Shown one piece after another: positions 1 to 12,297 of a stretch of DNA of 64,000 nucleotides (position 1 is the first letter of the stretch; every line of letters starts with the position of its first letter). Position numbers and translations under genes: made by a program. The DNA lies in contig NC_043007.1 of assembly GCF_006345805.1 (NCBI RefSeq), positions 55,490,001-55,554,000 on the forward strand, read 5' to 3'. The notes below the pieces were generated by a model. The model did no database searches, had not been told where the DNA came from, and saw only the letters and a list, made by a program, of their open reading frames with translations. This DNA comes from Octopus sinensis (Eukaryota).

Positions 1-1220
1 CCTTGTCACCGATATCAAAATGCAATTTTTTCCAGAAACACCTCGCGCAATTTTCGAAGTTTCCTTCTAGGTTTCCCTATTTTTCTTCATGTATCTGTAT
101 TAATTATGGTGATATCACTGCAGTTGTAATTTGATATTCACATTATTCCTTTTTATGGACGCAAATTTTCTTTCCTGAGCCTCGCTTAGGATTTTGTTAA
201 CAATACATTCTTTCTAGATTTTTCTTTGTTTGATCCTTTTTTCTGTTTTGCTATACAATGCGAGCTTTTATGTCCACCTTTTCCACACTCAAAACATTTA
301 CGACTTTTAAAAGGAGAATTACTTCTAAAATGTAAACCTCCGCACGCATAGCATGGATTTGGTCTTGACGTTCGTTTTTCTTTTTTCTGAACGAGTATTG
401 AACAGGAAATTTCTTTCACCGAAAATTCTCGAAACAAATCTCATCTGGTTTCTTCGGCAGAATATAATTACAGTATTTTTCGTGTTCGGCAGGGGATAAC
501 TTTCTTAAAAGTAGTTGCAGCTTCTTCTCGTCATTCCAATGTTTACATTCTTCTTTGAAGATTTCTTCATATCTTCTAAATCATGCATAAAAGTAGTACC
601 TTCTGGGTTATAAATAAATTCTCTAATTGAGTTTGGTACGCCGTCAAGTATTTTCAGACTTCTTCAACATTAATTCCAGTAACTGTTGGTATTGTTGTGT
701 ACTCGTTGTTGTAACTGCTGTTGTTATAGTTGCAACTGCACCACGCAAGCCAATAAGTCTTCCATGTTAATGATTTTTTTCTTTGATTTCATACCCCCCC
801 CCCCCAAAAAAAAATTGTTAACGTCCGAAGCAAGCTTCGAATATCTCGTCGCCACTTTTGCATCCTTGACATCTCGCTGCCAGATATTGTAACGTAATTG
901 TTGCCCAACACTTAGGTAGTATTGTTCGTTGCACACAGCACTCTTGATTTTCGTTGTACTAAGCACTCTTGTTAGCAGTCTTCTTTTTCGCTCGCGATAT
1001 TTTAACCCAAGAAGACATTTCCACTAGCTGCTTAAAAACTGCACGGCAACATCCGATATATTGTGAGCAGGGGAATCGAATCCCTCCAACATTCTAGCGA
1101 CGGGATCAACACACAATAATTCGAACAACTACCATTACGGCAACTTACAACTTACAGCTTCGGCAACTTACAGCTTCAGTTAGTTCATTCTTCCAATCCC
1201 CCAAGGGTATCAATAACACA
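1..1220 (-). mobile_element. Ty3/Gypsy LTR retrotransposon 5' remnant (possible LTR, PBS, disrupted gag, start of protease)
   Basis: Minus-strand pieces: MEDLLACVVQLQL*QQQLQQ (gag start), EECKHWNDEKKLQLLLRKLSPAEHEKYCNYILPKKP (gag core), CYACGGLH.../CFECGKGGHKSSHC (CCHC knuckles) and KLQL..SDITII (decayed protease site near 110-140). Stops and frameshifts throughout. The LTR boundary (~859-1220) is tentative. Confidence 0.8.
845..854 (-). promoter_or_regulatory. Primer-binding site TGGCGACGAG
   Basis: Follows ...ATGCA-AAAG and precedes the gag start; complementary to the ...CTCGTCG-CCA 3' end of eukaryotic tRNA-Ser(GCU). Confidence 0.65.
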
Positions 1221-1934
1221 CGCCACAACACGTACACGTTCGCATACATACGAAAAAGATGTATTCATAGATATTATGTATGTACGTATACATGAAAACG
1301 AAAACACACCCCTTCACTCACTCTGTCTGTCTGTCTCTTTCACACACACATACACAAACACACACACACACACATCCATAAATATATACAAACGTACATA
1401 CAGAATCATACATGTGCGTGTGTGACTGATTACAAAGATATAGAGGGGAACACAGCGTGCAAAAATTAAATTAATAAACATTTTCTTACAGAATTTAACG
1501 AAATGTGCGAAAGAATGCCAAACTGGCAAAAGAATGCCCAGCTAGCTGGTACTGAATATTTAAATTTGTGAACTTGAAATATTCAATAATAAAAGGAAGT
1601 TCAGGAAGTAAATTTTCCTGAAAACTTCAATTTATAAAAAATCTCACTTGTTTAGTATATATTTCTTTCAGTAATTTATCGTAGTTGTAATATATCTGTA
1701 ATTTAAAGAAACGTGAAGGTAAGCCTAGCTAGAAATAGCAGCGGTCACATAATTATTATTGTAAGGCTTATAGCGTTCCAAACAGCCATACCAACAAAAT
1801 CACTTCTTAATTATACTGTCATGGAAGTCTCAAATTTATACAGCTATTTTGTCTAATAGCATTCATTCATTCAATAAATATTCTTTTTTTACATTGCGTA
1901 TATAGAATAAAGTGCGGATTAATGAAAATAGAGG

Positions 1935-1935
<1 letters not shown>

Positions 1936-2007
<72 letters not shown>

Positions 2008-2082
2008 TATAAAGAGAGAGAGTGAGGGAGAAAGGGAGAGAGAAAGAGAGGGAGAGGGAGAAAGAGAGAGAGAGAGAGAGAG
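1936..2082. repeat. (GA)n microsatellite
   Basis: Direct reading; the ORFs across it are ER/SL low-complexity artefacts. Confidence 0.95.
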
Positions 2083-2660
2083 ACTGTTGCAAATGAAAAC
2101 AAAAAATTTCGCCTGCAACAAGTTAATGTTATTTACTAAATCTACTCTGCAGTGAATGCAACGAGTCTTTAAATTAGTGAAAAACCTGTAGTTCAAATAT
2201 TCAATAAAGTCCAGAAATCGAAATTACAGGAAATTTCTTGTAACATGAATTTATAAAAAAATTATAATATACAAAAATTTCCAGACGGGCAAACCTCCAA
2301 TAGTTGCTTTTCATTAGTAACTGTTACATACCTAATTACTAATCAGCTTTCTCCATTATAACACAGAATACAGGTGATACGCGATAATTCGATTGAAATG
2401 ACGTTTCACTAGATATCCTTAAATATCTCTCAATGTATGCTGACCTTTCTTAGGATTGTCTTAGGATCTGAAATTCTTTTTTCTGTCCCTCTTTCTCTCT
2501 CCTTGCTGGATTTCATGTAGTTCTCTCTTCTCTCATTCACAGCATCCCCCCTTTCTCTCTCTCCATCCCTCTCTCTCTCCTCCCCCCTCTCTCCCTCCCT
2601 CTGTCTTCCCCTTTTCCCCTCTCTATATATATGTATATGAACATGTATGTTATATGTATA

Positions 2661-3906
2661 CAGACATGCAGGAAGTAAATAGACATCTTTAATTTTCAAA
2701 ATTCCTGATCTAAGCATCTTAAGCTGTAGAATTTACAATGTAATTATTCTTTTTCATTCCAGGTGCCATTATATTAAACATTTGTGAAGAGTAACCATGC
2801 CACGCACAAAACATTCAGTAGAACTGTTAGATTTTCAAAGAGGTCGTATTGTTGGGCAATCTGAGGCTGGTCTTAGCCAACGAAAAATTGCCGAAAATCT
2901 TCAAATTCCTCTTGCTACTGTTAATAGAATTATAGTGCAATTCAAAAGCCAAGGAAAAGAATCAACAGATTCTCGTCCCAGCCGACCTGGGCCCTCGGAA
3001 AGGAAGCTTCACTGTTTGAAGAGAATTGTGGAAAACGAACCCAGTTCGAAGGCTTCTGAAATTGCAAAACAGCAATTAGTCCAAGAACGTGTGTTGCATA
3101 TCTACATAAGCTTGGGTATTATGGACGAGCAGCTAAAAGAAAACTTCTCCTTCAACCAATTAATATCACGAATAGAAAGAAATGGACTAAGGAGATGTCA
3201 GAAAATCCAGTTCATTTTGGGATAGAGTGATTTTCTCAGATGAATCTAGATTTGCAATATTTTCAGACAGTGGACGTGTTTGGGTTTGGAGGCTTCCCAG
3301 TCAAGAATTTGGTTCGAAACGACTCCAACCAACAATGAAGCATGGCGGTATCTTTGTAATGGTATGGGGAGCTGTCACCAGCAATGGTCCTTCTGAGCTG
3401 ATCGAATGTGTTGGAACCATAAACTCTTAAATATACACCGAAATACTTAAGCAAGGACTACTTCCGATGTATTCACACGATAACACAACGAAAAATGAGT
3501 TTTGGAAGATGGGGCTCCATGCCACACAGCGAAAAGGAATAAAAAATGGCCGACTGAAAATGGGATCAAAAAGCTTCCTTGGCCGAGCTAATCTCCTGAC
3601 ATGAACCGAATTGAAAATCTTTGGAGCATACTAGATAGAGCTATACGAAAAAATCGACAGAAACCTAAATCTAAATATGAATTGTTTCGATTGTTATGTG
3701 AAAAGTGGGCAGACATTCCACAAAAGACAATCACAGAGCTCATCAGTTGAATGCTAAAAAGAGTTTCTGAATTAAAAACTGCAACAAGAATGTCAACTAA
3801 ATACCGTATGTAGTCCTACCTATCGATTACAATTCAATTGTTCGCTTTGCGTATTAAATAAAAGATTTTGAAAATTAAAGGTGTCTATTTACTTCCTGTA
3901 TGTCTG
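2661..3906 (+). mobile_element. Tc1-family DNA transposon (full-length fossil)
   Basis: ~41-bp TIRs (cagacatgcaggaagtaaatagacatctttaattttcaaaa at 2661-2701, inverse at 3866-3906 with 2 mismatches). Left flank TA; right flank TG. Confidence 0.92.
2797..3813 (+). pseudogene. Tc1 transposase, DD34E, disrupted
   Basis: HTH-like N-terminus ([21 protein letters not shown]), FSDESRF, VWGA, EDGAPCH ... WPS*SPDMNRIENLW with 34 residues between D and E; frameshifts and stops. Confidence 0.9.
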
Positions 3907-3916
3907 TGAATGTATA

Positions 3917-4280
3917 TTCTTTTATTCTTTTACTTGCTTCAGTCCTTTGACTGCGGCTATGATGGAGCACCGGCATTAGTTGAACAAATCGACCTCCAGA
4001 CTTATTCTTTGTAAGCTTAGTTCTTATTCTATCGGTCACTTTGCTGAACCGCTAAGTTATGTTGACGTAACTACACCAACACTGGTAGTCAAGCAATGGT
4101 GCGCACAAACACAGACAAGCACACACACACACACACACACACACCATGGGCTTCTTCACGGTTCCGCCAACTAAATCCACTCACAAGGCTTTAAACGACC
4201 CAAGGCTATAGCAGAAGGCACTTGCCCAAGTTACCACGCAGTGTAGCTGAATCCGGAACCATGTTGTTGGGAAACAACCT
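3917..4280 (-). mobile_element. tRNA-derived SINE body and tail; its head is displaced to 8436-8470
   Basis: Same family as 25071-25447 and 26398-26808. The sequence stops at ggaaacaacct (4270-4280) and resumes at 8436 (ggaagcaagcttcatacaccataaccactcctg). Confidence 0.85.
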
Positions 4281-6307
4281 CTTTATTTCATTATATTGGC
4301 CATAAAGGCCTTACATAGAGAAAGGAAGCTGCGGGCTGGACATAGACATAACGTTTATGAAATGGAAAATGAAAATGATTATTAATGAGGGTAAAACGCG
4401 ACGCCCGCCGATCGTTGTTTACCCGAGAACATTGATCTTTTATAATACATTCATGAGGCAACAAACCTCTTACATTGTTCACAATATTCAATAACAAAAA
4501 CAAAACGAGGCACTAAGCCTCTTACGTTTTTTTCCCAATTAGGAACTTTCATGCCCGACAGGCATCTCGCCTAATTCAAGCACCTGGACGGTGCCAAGTC
4601 GGGCCACTTTAACATAAACTAAATGTATCCTCGGGGAAGGAGTTCATTACCCTGCACAAGTCGGTTTCCCATATGACCTCCGCAGCCACCTGCGTATGCC
4701 AGTTAGGGTCCTCAGTGCAGGATAGAATCCCTTCCCTCCGGCCTTTCTTTTTAAACTTCTTCACGAAGTTTTCTAACGTCCCTTCCTTATGGAAGAGGAT
4801 CACAAATTCTTCATCCGCCGCATAGGAAGGGCCCACAGTTTCCTCCTTCGATGGCACAATTCCCACCGACGAGGTTTCGGGATATGCCGGCAGTGTGTTA
4901 CGAACCGCCAGCAATGTCCCGTTTTTCTTTTTTTTTTTCCTTGAGCCACGGAAGGGTGAGATTCTTCTGTTTTGTTCGGAAGATTTTCCTTCCCTCCCGC
5001 AGCCTTCGGATCCTTCGATGGGCAACCATCGTTGCCCATCTGTCTTCTTTTCCTTTTTTCGAGGAGGACTCCACCTCCTTGATTGCCTCCATCTCTCCCT
5101 CCAATGGGGGAGAGGGGAGCGTTGTTTTATTAACTGCTCCAGGACCTTACTTTGGTCCTGGGAAGTTCTTTTTAATGTGGCCTGGTCCCAGGCACAGGTG
5201 ACACTTGGTGGGGGCGTCCCTCAAGCAACACAGGATACCTAGAGCCGGCCATTCTAAAAAAATCTGGAAATACCAGATTTTTGGCTGATTGGGTCCACAG
5301 AGTCAAAACCGCATTTGATACCTTCCAATCAGCCGCAGGCAAAATTTTTACATTGAAGAGCTTGGATCCGCTGCCACCCAGACCCCGGTAGATAGTGTCC
5401 TCTGTCCACGCGGGTTCTATTCTGGGTGGCAAACCACACCCAAGCTCTCTAGTCAACTTCCTCCCACAATACGTGGGAAAAAACAAAATCTCTCTGCCCT
5501 CCAAGGTCTGGCTCGCAAATTTGCGAGCCCCCTTAAGGGTGTCAAACAGCAACCACGCCGTCGCATATTTGCCCCCCACACCCTGGAGATGAATTTAATA
5601 GTTGGCAGATACTCTGTCAACTCCATTTCTATAGCAGTCCTTTCAAATAGGGCGATAGTGTCGAGCGACTTGGAGTAAGTCCTCAACACAACCGTCCTCA
5701 CTTCAAAGTCTTTCAACCACTGTTTGGATGGGACAATTTCCCACTCCAAAACATTGTCCTTGTTCTTTGCCATGTTTTTTAAGATAAAATGTTCCAAAAC
5801 AGCTCAGATAAAAAAATTTTTTAAATGAATGAAGAAAAAGAAAGAATTCAAAAGAAATTCACAATAAAAAGGAAGGAAGAATAAAACAATAAAAAGAAAG
5901 TCACAAAAAAGGATAGAAGAAGGAAAAAACAGTCTACACTTCAAAAAACACAGAAAGCAAAAAATCTTCAGGCCAGTTGTATATTCAATAAATTCTCACA
6001 ATTTTTGAAAAATAAATCTATTCTCTAAAAGTGAACAAATTTTTGGAAGCGAGATATGCCCCCCAAAACGACAATTCTTACAATTAAGTGAGAAAATCTA
6101 TTCACTCAACTGTAGGCAGACCAGAGTCCAGAATCCAGTGAGGGCTTCTTGTTTGTACAAAAATAATTACGGCAAATAACAAACCCCCACTGGACCCCCA
6201 AAAAACAAAAGTCTTACCTAACAGTTGAGCTTCAATTTTCGCCCGCTGTAAACTAGCGTGACGACTACTATTCAGTGGTACGAACAACACTGACAACACG
6301 CCTGCGC
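4281..6307 (-). mobile_element. ORF1-only non-LTR element, copy 1 (RRM-like plus CCHC gag-like protein, frameshifted; no RT)
   Basis: ORF pieces at 5453-5797, 5172-5579 and 4609-5025; AWLLFDTLKGARKFA (RNP1-like) and KCHLCLGPGHIKKNFP (knuckle). The 3' end is AATGAAATAAAG. Confidence 0.75.
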
Positions 6308-6318
6308 GGAAGCAAGCT

Positions 6319-8435
6319 CCTTTATTTCATTTAATTTGCCACAAGGGCATCACACAGAAAAAAGCTTTGCGGGCTGGACACGGACATTAATGGGATGAAT
6401 GATAATGATGCAAAAATGATGATGATGGGAGAAGACGAAAAGCGCCCGCCGACCCTCGCTTCTCTAAAACAATGTTCTTTTTTCCTTTTTCTTTTTTCCT
6501 GAAGCAATAAACCTCTTACATAAAAAACACAACGTTCAGAATTCTTTCTTTTTTTCTTTTTTAAAACACAAGGAGGCTATAAACCTCGTACATTACACAA
6601 AAAGTCACATATTTCACATTTTGTAGAAACGTTCAGGTTATCCGGCCGACCAGTCTCCTTGCTTCATTGAAGCATGTACTCGGTTCCACGCCGGACCACA
6701 CAGACTTAAATCTGTAGGAGTCCTCCGGGAAGGAATTCATGATCCTGCACAGATTACTATCCCATAGGACCTCCGCAGCCACCTGCGAAGGCCACTCAGG
6801 GTCCTCCGTGCCGGACAGAAGCTCCTCCCACCATTCTTTCCATTTTCTTGATTTCATTTTCTACGGTTCATCCTTTGTGGAAGAGGACTACAAATTCATC
6901 CTCCAGCGGCACACCCGCCGAAGGAGAATTGGGACACGCCGGCAGCGTGTCACAACCCACCGGCAATGTCCTGTTTTTCTTCTTTCTTTTCTTTTTCCCT
7001 TGGGCCGTGGGAGGGTGACGTTCCTGTGATGCGTGCAGCCGGTCCTCCTTTTCTCCCGCAGCCCTCAGGTCCTTCGGTGGGCAACCATTGTTGCCCACCT
7101 TTCGGTTTCGTTTTTTCGAGGAGGTGGAAACCTTCTCGTCATCCTCCTCCTTCTCTCCCTCCATTGAGGGAAAAATTGGTGGGAAGAAATTATTGAGGGC
7201 TTGGGTCTGCGGTTTGCCACCCGGAATTGAGCCCGAGTGGATAGAGGACTCTATCCGCCGGGGTCTGGGTGGTAGCAGTACCAAGCCTCCATCTCTCCCT
7301 CCAATGGGAGAGATTCCACTATTAACTGCTCCAGGATCCTATTTTGGTCCTTGGGGAGTTTTTCTTAATGTCGCCGGTCTCCAGGCACAGGTGACACTTG
7401 GGGGGGCGGGCGTCCCTAAAGCATCACCGGATACCTAGACCCGGCCATCCTCAAAAAATCTGGAAAGACCAGACTTTCGGCTGATTGGGTCCATAGGGTC
7501 AAAACAGCTTTTGACCCCTCCCAATCAACCGCAGGCAAGATTTTCACATTAAGCAGCTTGGTACTGCTACCACCCAGACCTCGGCGGATAGAGTCCTCTA
7601 TCCACTCGGGCTCAATTCCGGGTGGCAAACCGCAGACCCAAGCCCTCAATAATTTCTTCCCACAATAGCTGGGAAGGAACATGATTTCCTTGCCCTCGAG
7701 GGGCCGGCTTGCAAAATCGCAAGCTTCTTGTGGGGAGTCAAATAGCAACCAGACCGTTGCATACTTTTAATGGCTGGCATGTACTCTGCCAGCTCTTTCA
7801 AAATTGTGGCCTTCGGGAAGACGGTTATGGTGTCGAGCGACTTTGAATAAGTCCTCAGTATCACCGTCTTCCTTTCGAGCTCTTTCATCCCTTTTTTGGG
7901 AGGTGTTAAACCCCACACAAGTAATTCCTTCGCCATTTAAATGAGTTCAAATATAATTCAAAGTGTAAAATAAAGAAAGACACAAAAAAAGAAGGAAAGA
8001 CACAACAGAAGGGAAGAAATAAAATAAAAATAACAGTTCAAATAAAGTTCTTTTTTTTTAAAAAATAAATGATAGTGTGAAAAGAGTTCAAATCCTGGCA
8101 AAGAAATTAATCTTCGGCCGAAAAGGTACTCCTGGCCAATAATCCACAAGGAAAAAACAATTCCTCACAATTATGTGAGAAAACACTCACGTCTCCACCG
8201 CAAGGCAGACAAAAAGCTCCGAATCCAGTAAGGACTCCTTGCTAGTACAAAAAAATAAACCTACAAGCAACAAATCCTACTGGACTCAAGGAGCAAAAAG
8301 TCTTACCTTACAGTAGAGCGTCTTTCAGTTTTCGCCAGCTGCACACCAGCGTGACGTCTTCAATTCAATCTTCGCCAGCTGCACACCAGCGTGGCGACTT
8401 CAACAGGCGAGTGAAGAACACTAACGACCGGAACC
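6319..8435 (-). mobile_element. ORF1-only non-LTR element, copy 2 (diverged relative of copy 1)
   Basis: Colinear with copy 1: VILRTYSKSLDTI, LFDSPQEACDFA, AWVCGLPPGIEPEWIED, KCHLCLETGDIKKNSP, TEDPEWPSQVAAEVLW. Same 3' end. Confidence 0.75.
7179..7286 (+). repeat. 108-bp inverted copy of 7556-7663
   Basis: Near-exact reverse complement; absent from copy 1. Confidence 0.9.
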
Positions 8436-8470
8436 GGAAGCAAGCTTCATACCACATAACCACTCCTGTA
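8436..8470 (-). mobile_element. Detached 5' head (A-box part) of the SINE at 3917-4280
   Basis: The minus strand reads caggagtggttatggtgtatgaagcttgcttcc, matching the intact head gcaggagtggctgtgtggtaagtagcttgct at 26401. Confidence 0.75.
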
Positions 8471-9580
8471 TCTCATTACAATACATTTTCTATTCCTTTT
8501 TTTTACAATACTCCTTTATTTTTTCTTTCAATCGCTTCTATATTCCTATCCTCACCATCTTATCCATTTATTTAATTTTTTAGATCTTGCTATTTGTCAT
8601 TTTCTTTATTCCAATCTCCTACTCAAATTTCCTTTACTTGAAACCTCTCATTTTGTTCATGCCATTATTTTCCCCGTCCCCTCAATCTTTTTCTCCCTTT
8701 GCGCTTATTATTTCTACATTTATCGTTCCCTGTTTGACTCATTCTACAATGTCATTTCTTATACTTTAGTTATTCTCTTCTCTACATTCTGTCATGTATC
8801 ATAATTTCTCATATTTTTCTTTCTATTTCACTCACATCTTGTTTTACTAAACATCAATGTTTAGACTGTTTACTAAATATACATCTCTGCCCATCTCCAC
8901 GTACATGATAATGAACTGTATGGAGATATCTGTATATTATAAAAATTGAAGAGAAAGAAATTGCATAGGTTATAGGTTATTTTTCTAAGAATAATACATG
9001 ATGGGTCTTAGACAAATAAAACAGATTTAAAAGTTTACAAGAATTAACCTTTAAAGTTTTTCTCATTAAATAACATTCAAGATTTCCTTAATTTGAAATT
9101 GCCTTTTATAAAATTATATTATCTTTATTTGATTTAACATTCAAGATTTTCTGAACAAAGCAGGAATCTGATATTAAAAATAATTTGAATATTTCTTCAC
9201 CATATTGCACATTAACTGTATATAAATTTCATCGTGTTAAAATACCATGGTAATTTTTTTCTATTTGCAGTATCGTTTCGTCTAGCTTAAAAGTTCCTCT
9301 CCTTATGAATTTCCAATCGCATTTAGCACCCTTCCTGCATAACAATGCGATTAAAATTTTACTAATTTAAGGTTCCATGTTAAAATTACTATTTCTGGAT
9401 ATACATTTAGCGAAAAAATATAATCATTGTTTCCCTTATCTTAAATATAGCAGGGAATTCATTGACACATATTTCATTAAACTGAGTTCAAACTGTTGCC
9501 TAGGCAAACTTGAAAGGTTAAAGCAATGTATGTGTTATGCATTGTTGACAAGCCAACAGGTTTTCAAAGTTTATCTAATA

Positions 9581-10686
9581 GTAGGTTTTTTCACATGAAA
9601 TGCTGTATCTGAAGGGTAGCAATACAATTTTTAGAAGAGTTAGAGAGCTGATTTATTTAATCAAAGTATGATCCATAGTAATTTATGACGTTTACCCAAC
9701 GTTTCTCTATGTCATAATTTTCATCCTTAAAAAAATTTCGTCTTTTGCTCTGATAAACTGTCCGAATGCTTCAATTACCTCTTATCTATTTAAGAATGTT
9801 TTATTGCTTATGAAAAGCTCAAAATGCTTAAATAAGTGATGATCTGTAGGAGAGAATGGGGAGGATGTTGCAAAATCTCATAATGCCGGATTTGCAGCTT
9901 TTGGATCGTAGCTTGAAGAGTGTACGGACGTGCATTGTCGTGGAGCAAAATTGGGTCATCTCTATTAACTAGTCTAGGTTGCTTCTTTTTCAAATTCTCA
10001 TGCATACAATCAATTTCCTGGCAATACGATGTTGCTGTTACCGTTTTTCCTTGTTGCAAATTAATTGCTGTCCTGTTCTCCTGCTGTTGTCAAAGAATAT
10101 CCATTTCTCATCACAAGTAATAATTTCATGCAAAAATGGTATTTTTCCAATCGAGAAAGCAAAAAGTTCACTTCGCGGCGTCTGTTTTTTTAAATCTCGT
10201 TTAACTTCTTGATTTTTCCAATTTTTTACAGGTGTCCAAAAAACAGTTATGCAAGTTGTTTGGAGTTCTGATGAAAATTTTCGAACCTTTATTCGCGGAT
10301 TTTGTTCAACCAAAGCTTTAAATCCATCATGCCGAATAACTGATTTTGGTCTATCCCTAGGTTTATATTGAAGGCTATCATCTCCTGAACGAGAGCTTTG
10401 GAACCATCTCTGAATAGTTCCGATGTCAACAAAACCATTACCAAAGGCCTGCTTGATATTCTGTAGAGCTTCTGCAGCAGAGCGACTAGTTTGTACTCAT
10501 ACGAGAAAAACACTCAACATAGTTTGGTTGTTATCATTTTCATAAGGTCTGTGGGTACGAATTTTATATACGGATATTGTTGGGAAAGAAAGAGTCAAGA
10601 TTAAATGCAAGGTATACATGATTGAGTTTTTAAATGACTGAAATAACAAGTAATTAAAATGCGACAGTTCATGTGAAACAACCTAA
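9581..10686 (-). mobile_element. mariner-family transposon, internally deleted and decayed
   Basis: TIR-like ends (gtaggttttttcacatgaa at 9581; inverse ttaggttgtttcacatgaa ending at 10686), both flanked by TA. Peptides FLHEIITCDEKWIFFDN and ILLHDNARPY...HPPHS. Confidence 0.85.
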
Positions 10687-11129
10687 TATTTCAATGCTTG
10701 AGCATTAAAAAACAATTAAAAAATAATTATACGATGACGAAAATGTACTATTAGTGACGATAAATATTTGTTAAAATATCCCAGCAAATACAGACGACTA
10801 CTCCTGATCTATTTAGGCCTTATCAAATATCTTCAATGAAGAAGTGATTCACCGGGCTTAATGCAGCAATAATGAGAAATTTATAACGGGTGTAATTTGC
10901 ACATTTGTAATAACATAAAAATAAAACAAACAGTTATGTATATATGTGAAGACTTGCGGCATTCAATGCAAGGGGTATTGCGATGTATAACAACGTCTGA
11001 TAGTTTGGTTGGTCATGTGATCACATACAGACACACGCACACACTCTAACACACACTCGCACACACGCACACACATATTAATCGTTAAACTGAATTCTTT
11101 TGCGGCTCTGGCAAATTATCTACCAGTTT

Positions 11130-11810
11130 CCGCATACCTTCAATACTGTGGGCAACCAGTTCACTATCATTAGCGAAGAGTCCCTGTAACAAGAAAGCAC
11201 CACTATTAGATATAAAAGGCTGGTCAAGTGCAAAGCATCCAAATAACTAGGAAGCACTATTTCAGATAATGCACGACTGAACAAGGAAATCATATACAGA
11301 ATTAGCAGAGCTAGTGCTTCATTTGGCAGGCTACATGAGAGGCTGTGGAAAATAGGCATGTTTCTATACGTGCCAAATGTAAGGTGAACCAGCTTATAGT
11401 GCTTTCTTCCCTGCTGTATAGATTTGAAACCTGAACAGTCTGGAAAGCTCAACTAGACAAGGTATACGCATATGATGAGACAGCTACGACGAATTGTGAA
11501 TATCACTCTCTTTGACAAGATCAGTAATAAAGAGATTTTACAGCGTGCTTGTCTGCCTCCCATTACAGAAATCCTCATTGATAGAAATTTGCGTTGGTCG
11601 GAACACGTACACAAGATGGACGACAGCAGACTCCCCAGAAAATTCATTACTCCCAATTATGCAAGGGGAAAAGAAACCATAAAAGACCTAAACTGATTTT
11701 CAAAGATACTGCGGCAAACTCAAGCGAAAAACCGACCAGTATGGAGAAAGCTTATCAAGTAACACCAAAGCTATGAACAGTCATAGGCGCGACGACTGAC
11801 TGCATAATTG
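11130..11810 (+). mobile_element. RTE-clade LINE 3' fragment
   Basis: SRASASFGRLHERLWK and MRQLRRIVNITLFDKISNKEILQRACLP...LRWSEHVHKMDDSRLPRK; frameshifted. Confidence 0.8.
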
Positions 11811-12248
11811 TCTATTTGTGTGTCAGTATTATTTGGTGGTAAGACCAGCTTGATTGTTTCTCTGATTCTGTTATTACTATATGATGCCTATATGTGTTTT
11901 CCTAATATGATTTTCTTAATTTTGAAGAAAGTCGGTACATATAATTTTATTCGCTGCCGACTATAACTGCGCTTCGCGGTGGCTTTGGAAAATTATAATG
12001 TATAAAGATGAGACATGTGCTGTCTTTATGTCCTATAATTACACGTTAATTGTAGCGCCTTTGTAGCGGATAACAAATTATTTTATTAGTTCATTAATGT
12101 TTGAAATCTAGGTACAAGTGGTAACTATTGAAAATGTTTTTATTTTTCATCCCCTTCCAAATTACTCTTAACCGTGGTTTGAGCTTTGATTGCTCCTTTT
12201 AGCATGTAAGGTGTCCTGTTAGGGTCACCTGTTTTGTTTATAAATGTA

Positions 12249-12297
<49 letters not shown>

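Noticed and set aside
724-966. 80-aa minus-strand ORF
   Set aside because: It runs through the putative LTR, the PBS and a homopolymer tract; only the last ~13 codons match the gag start.
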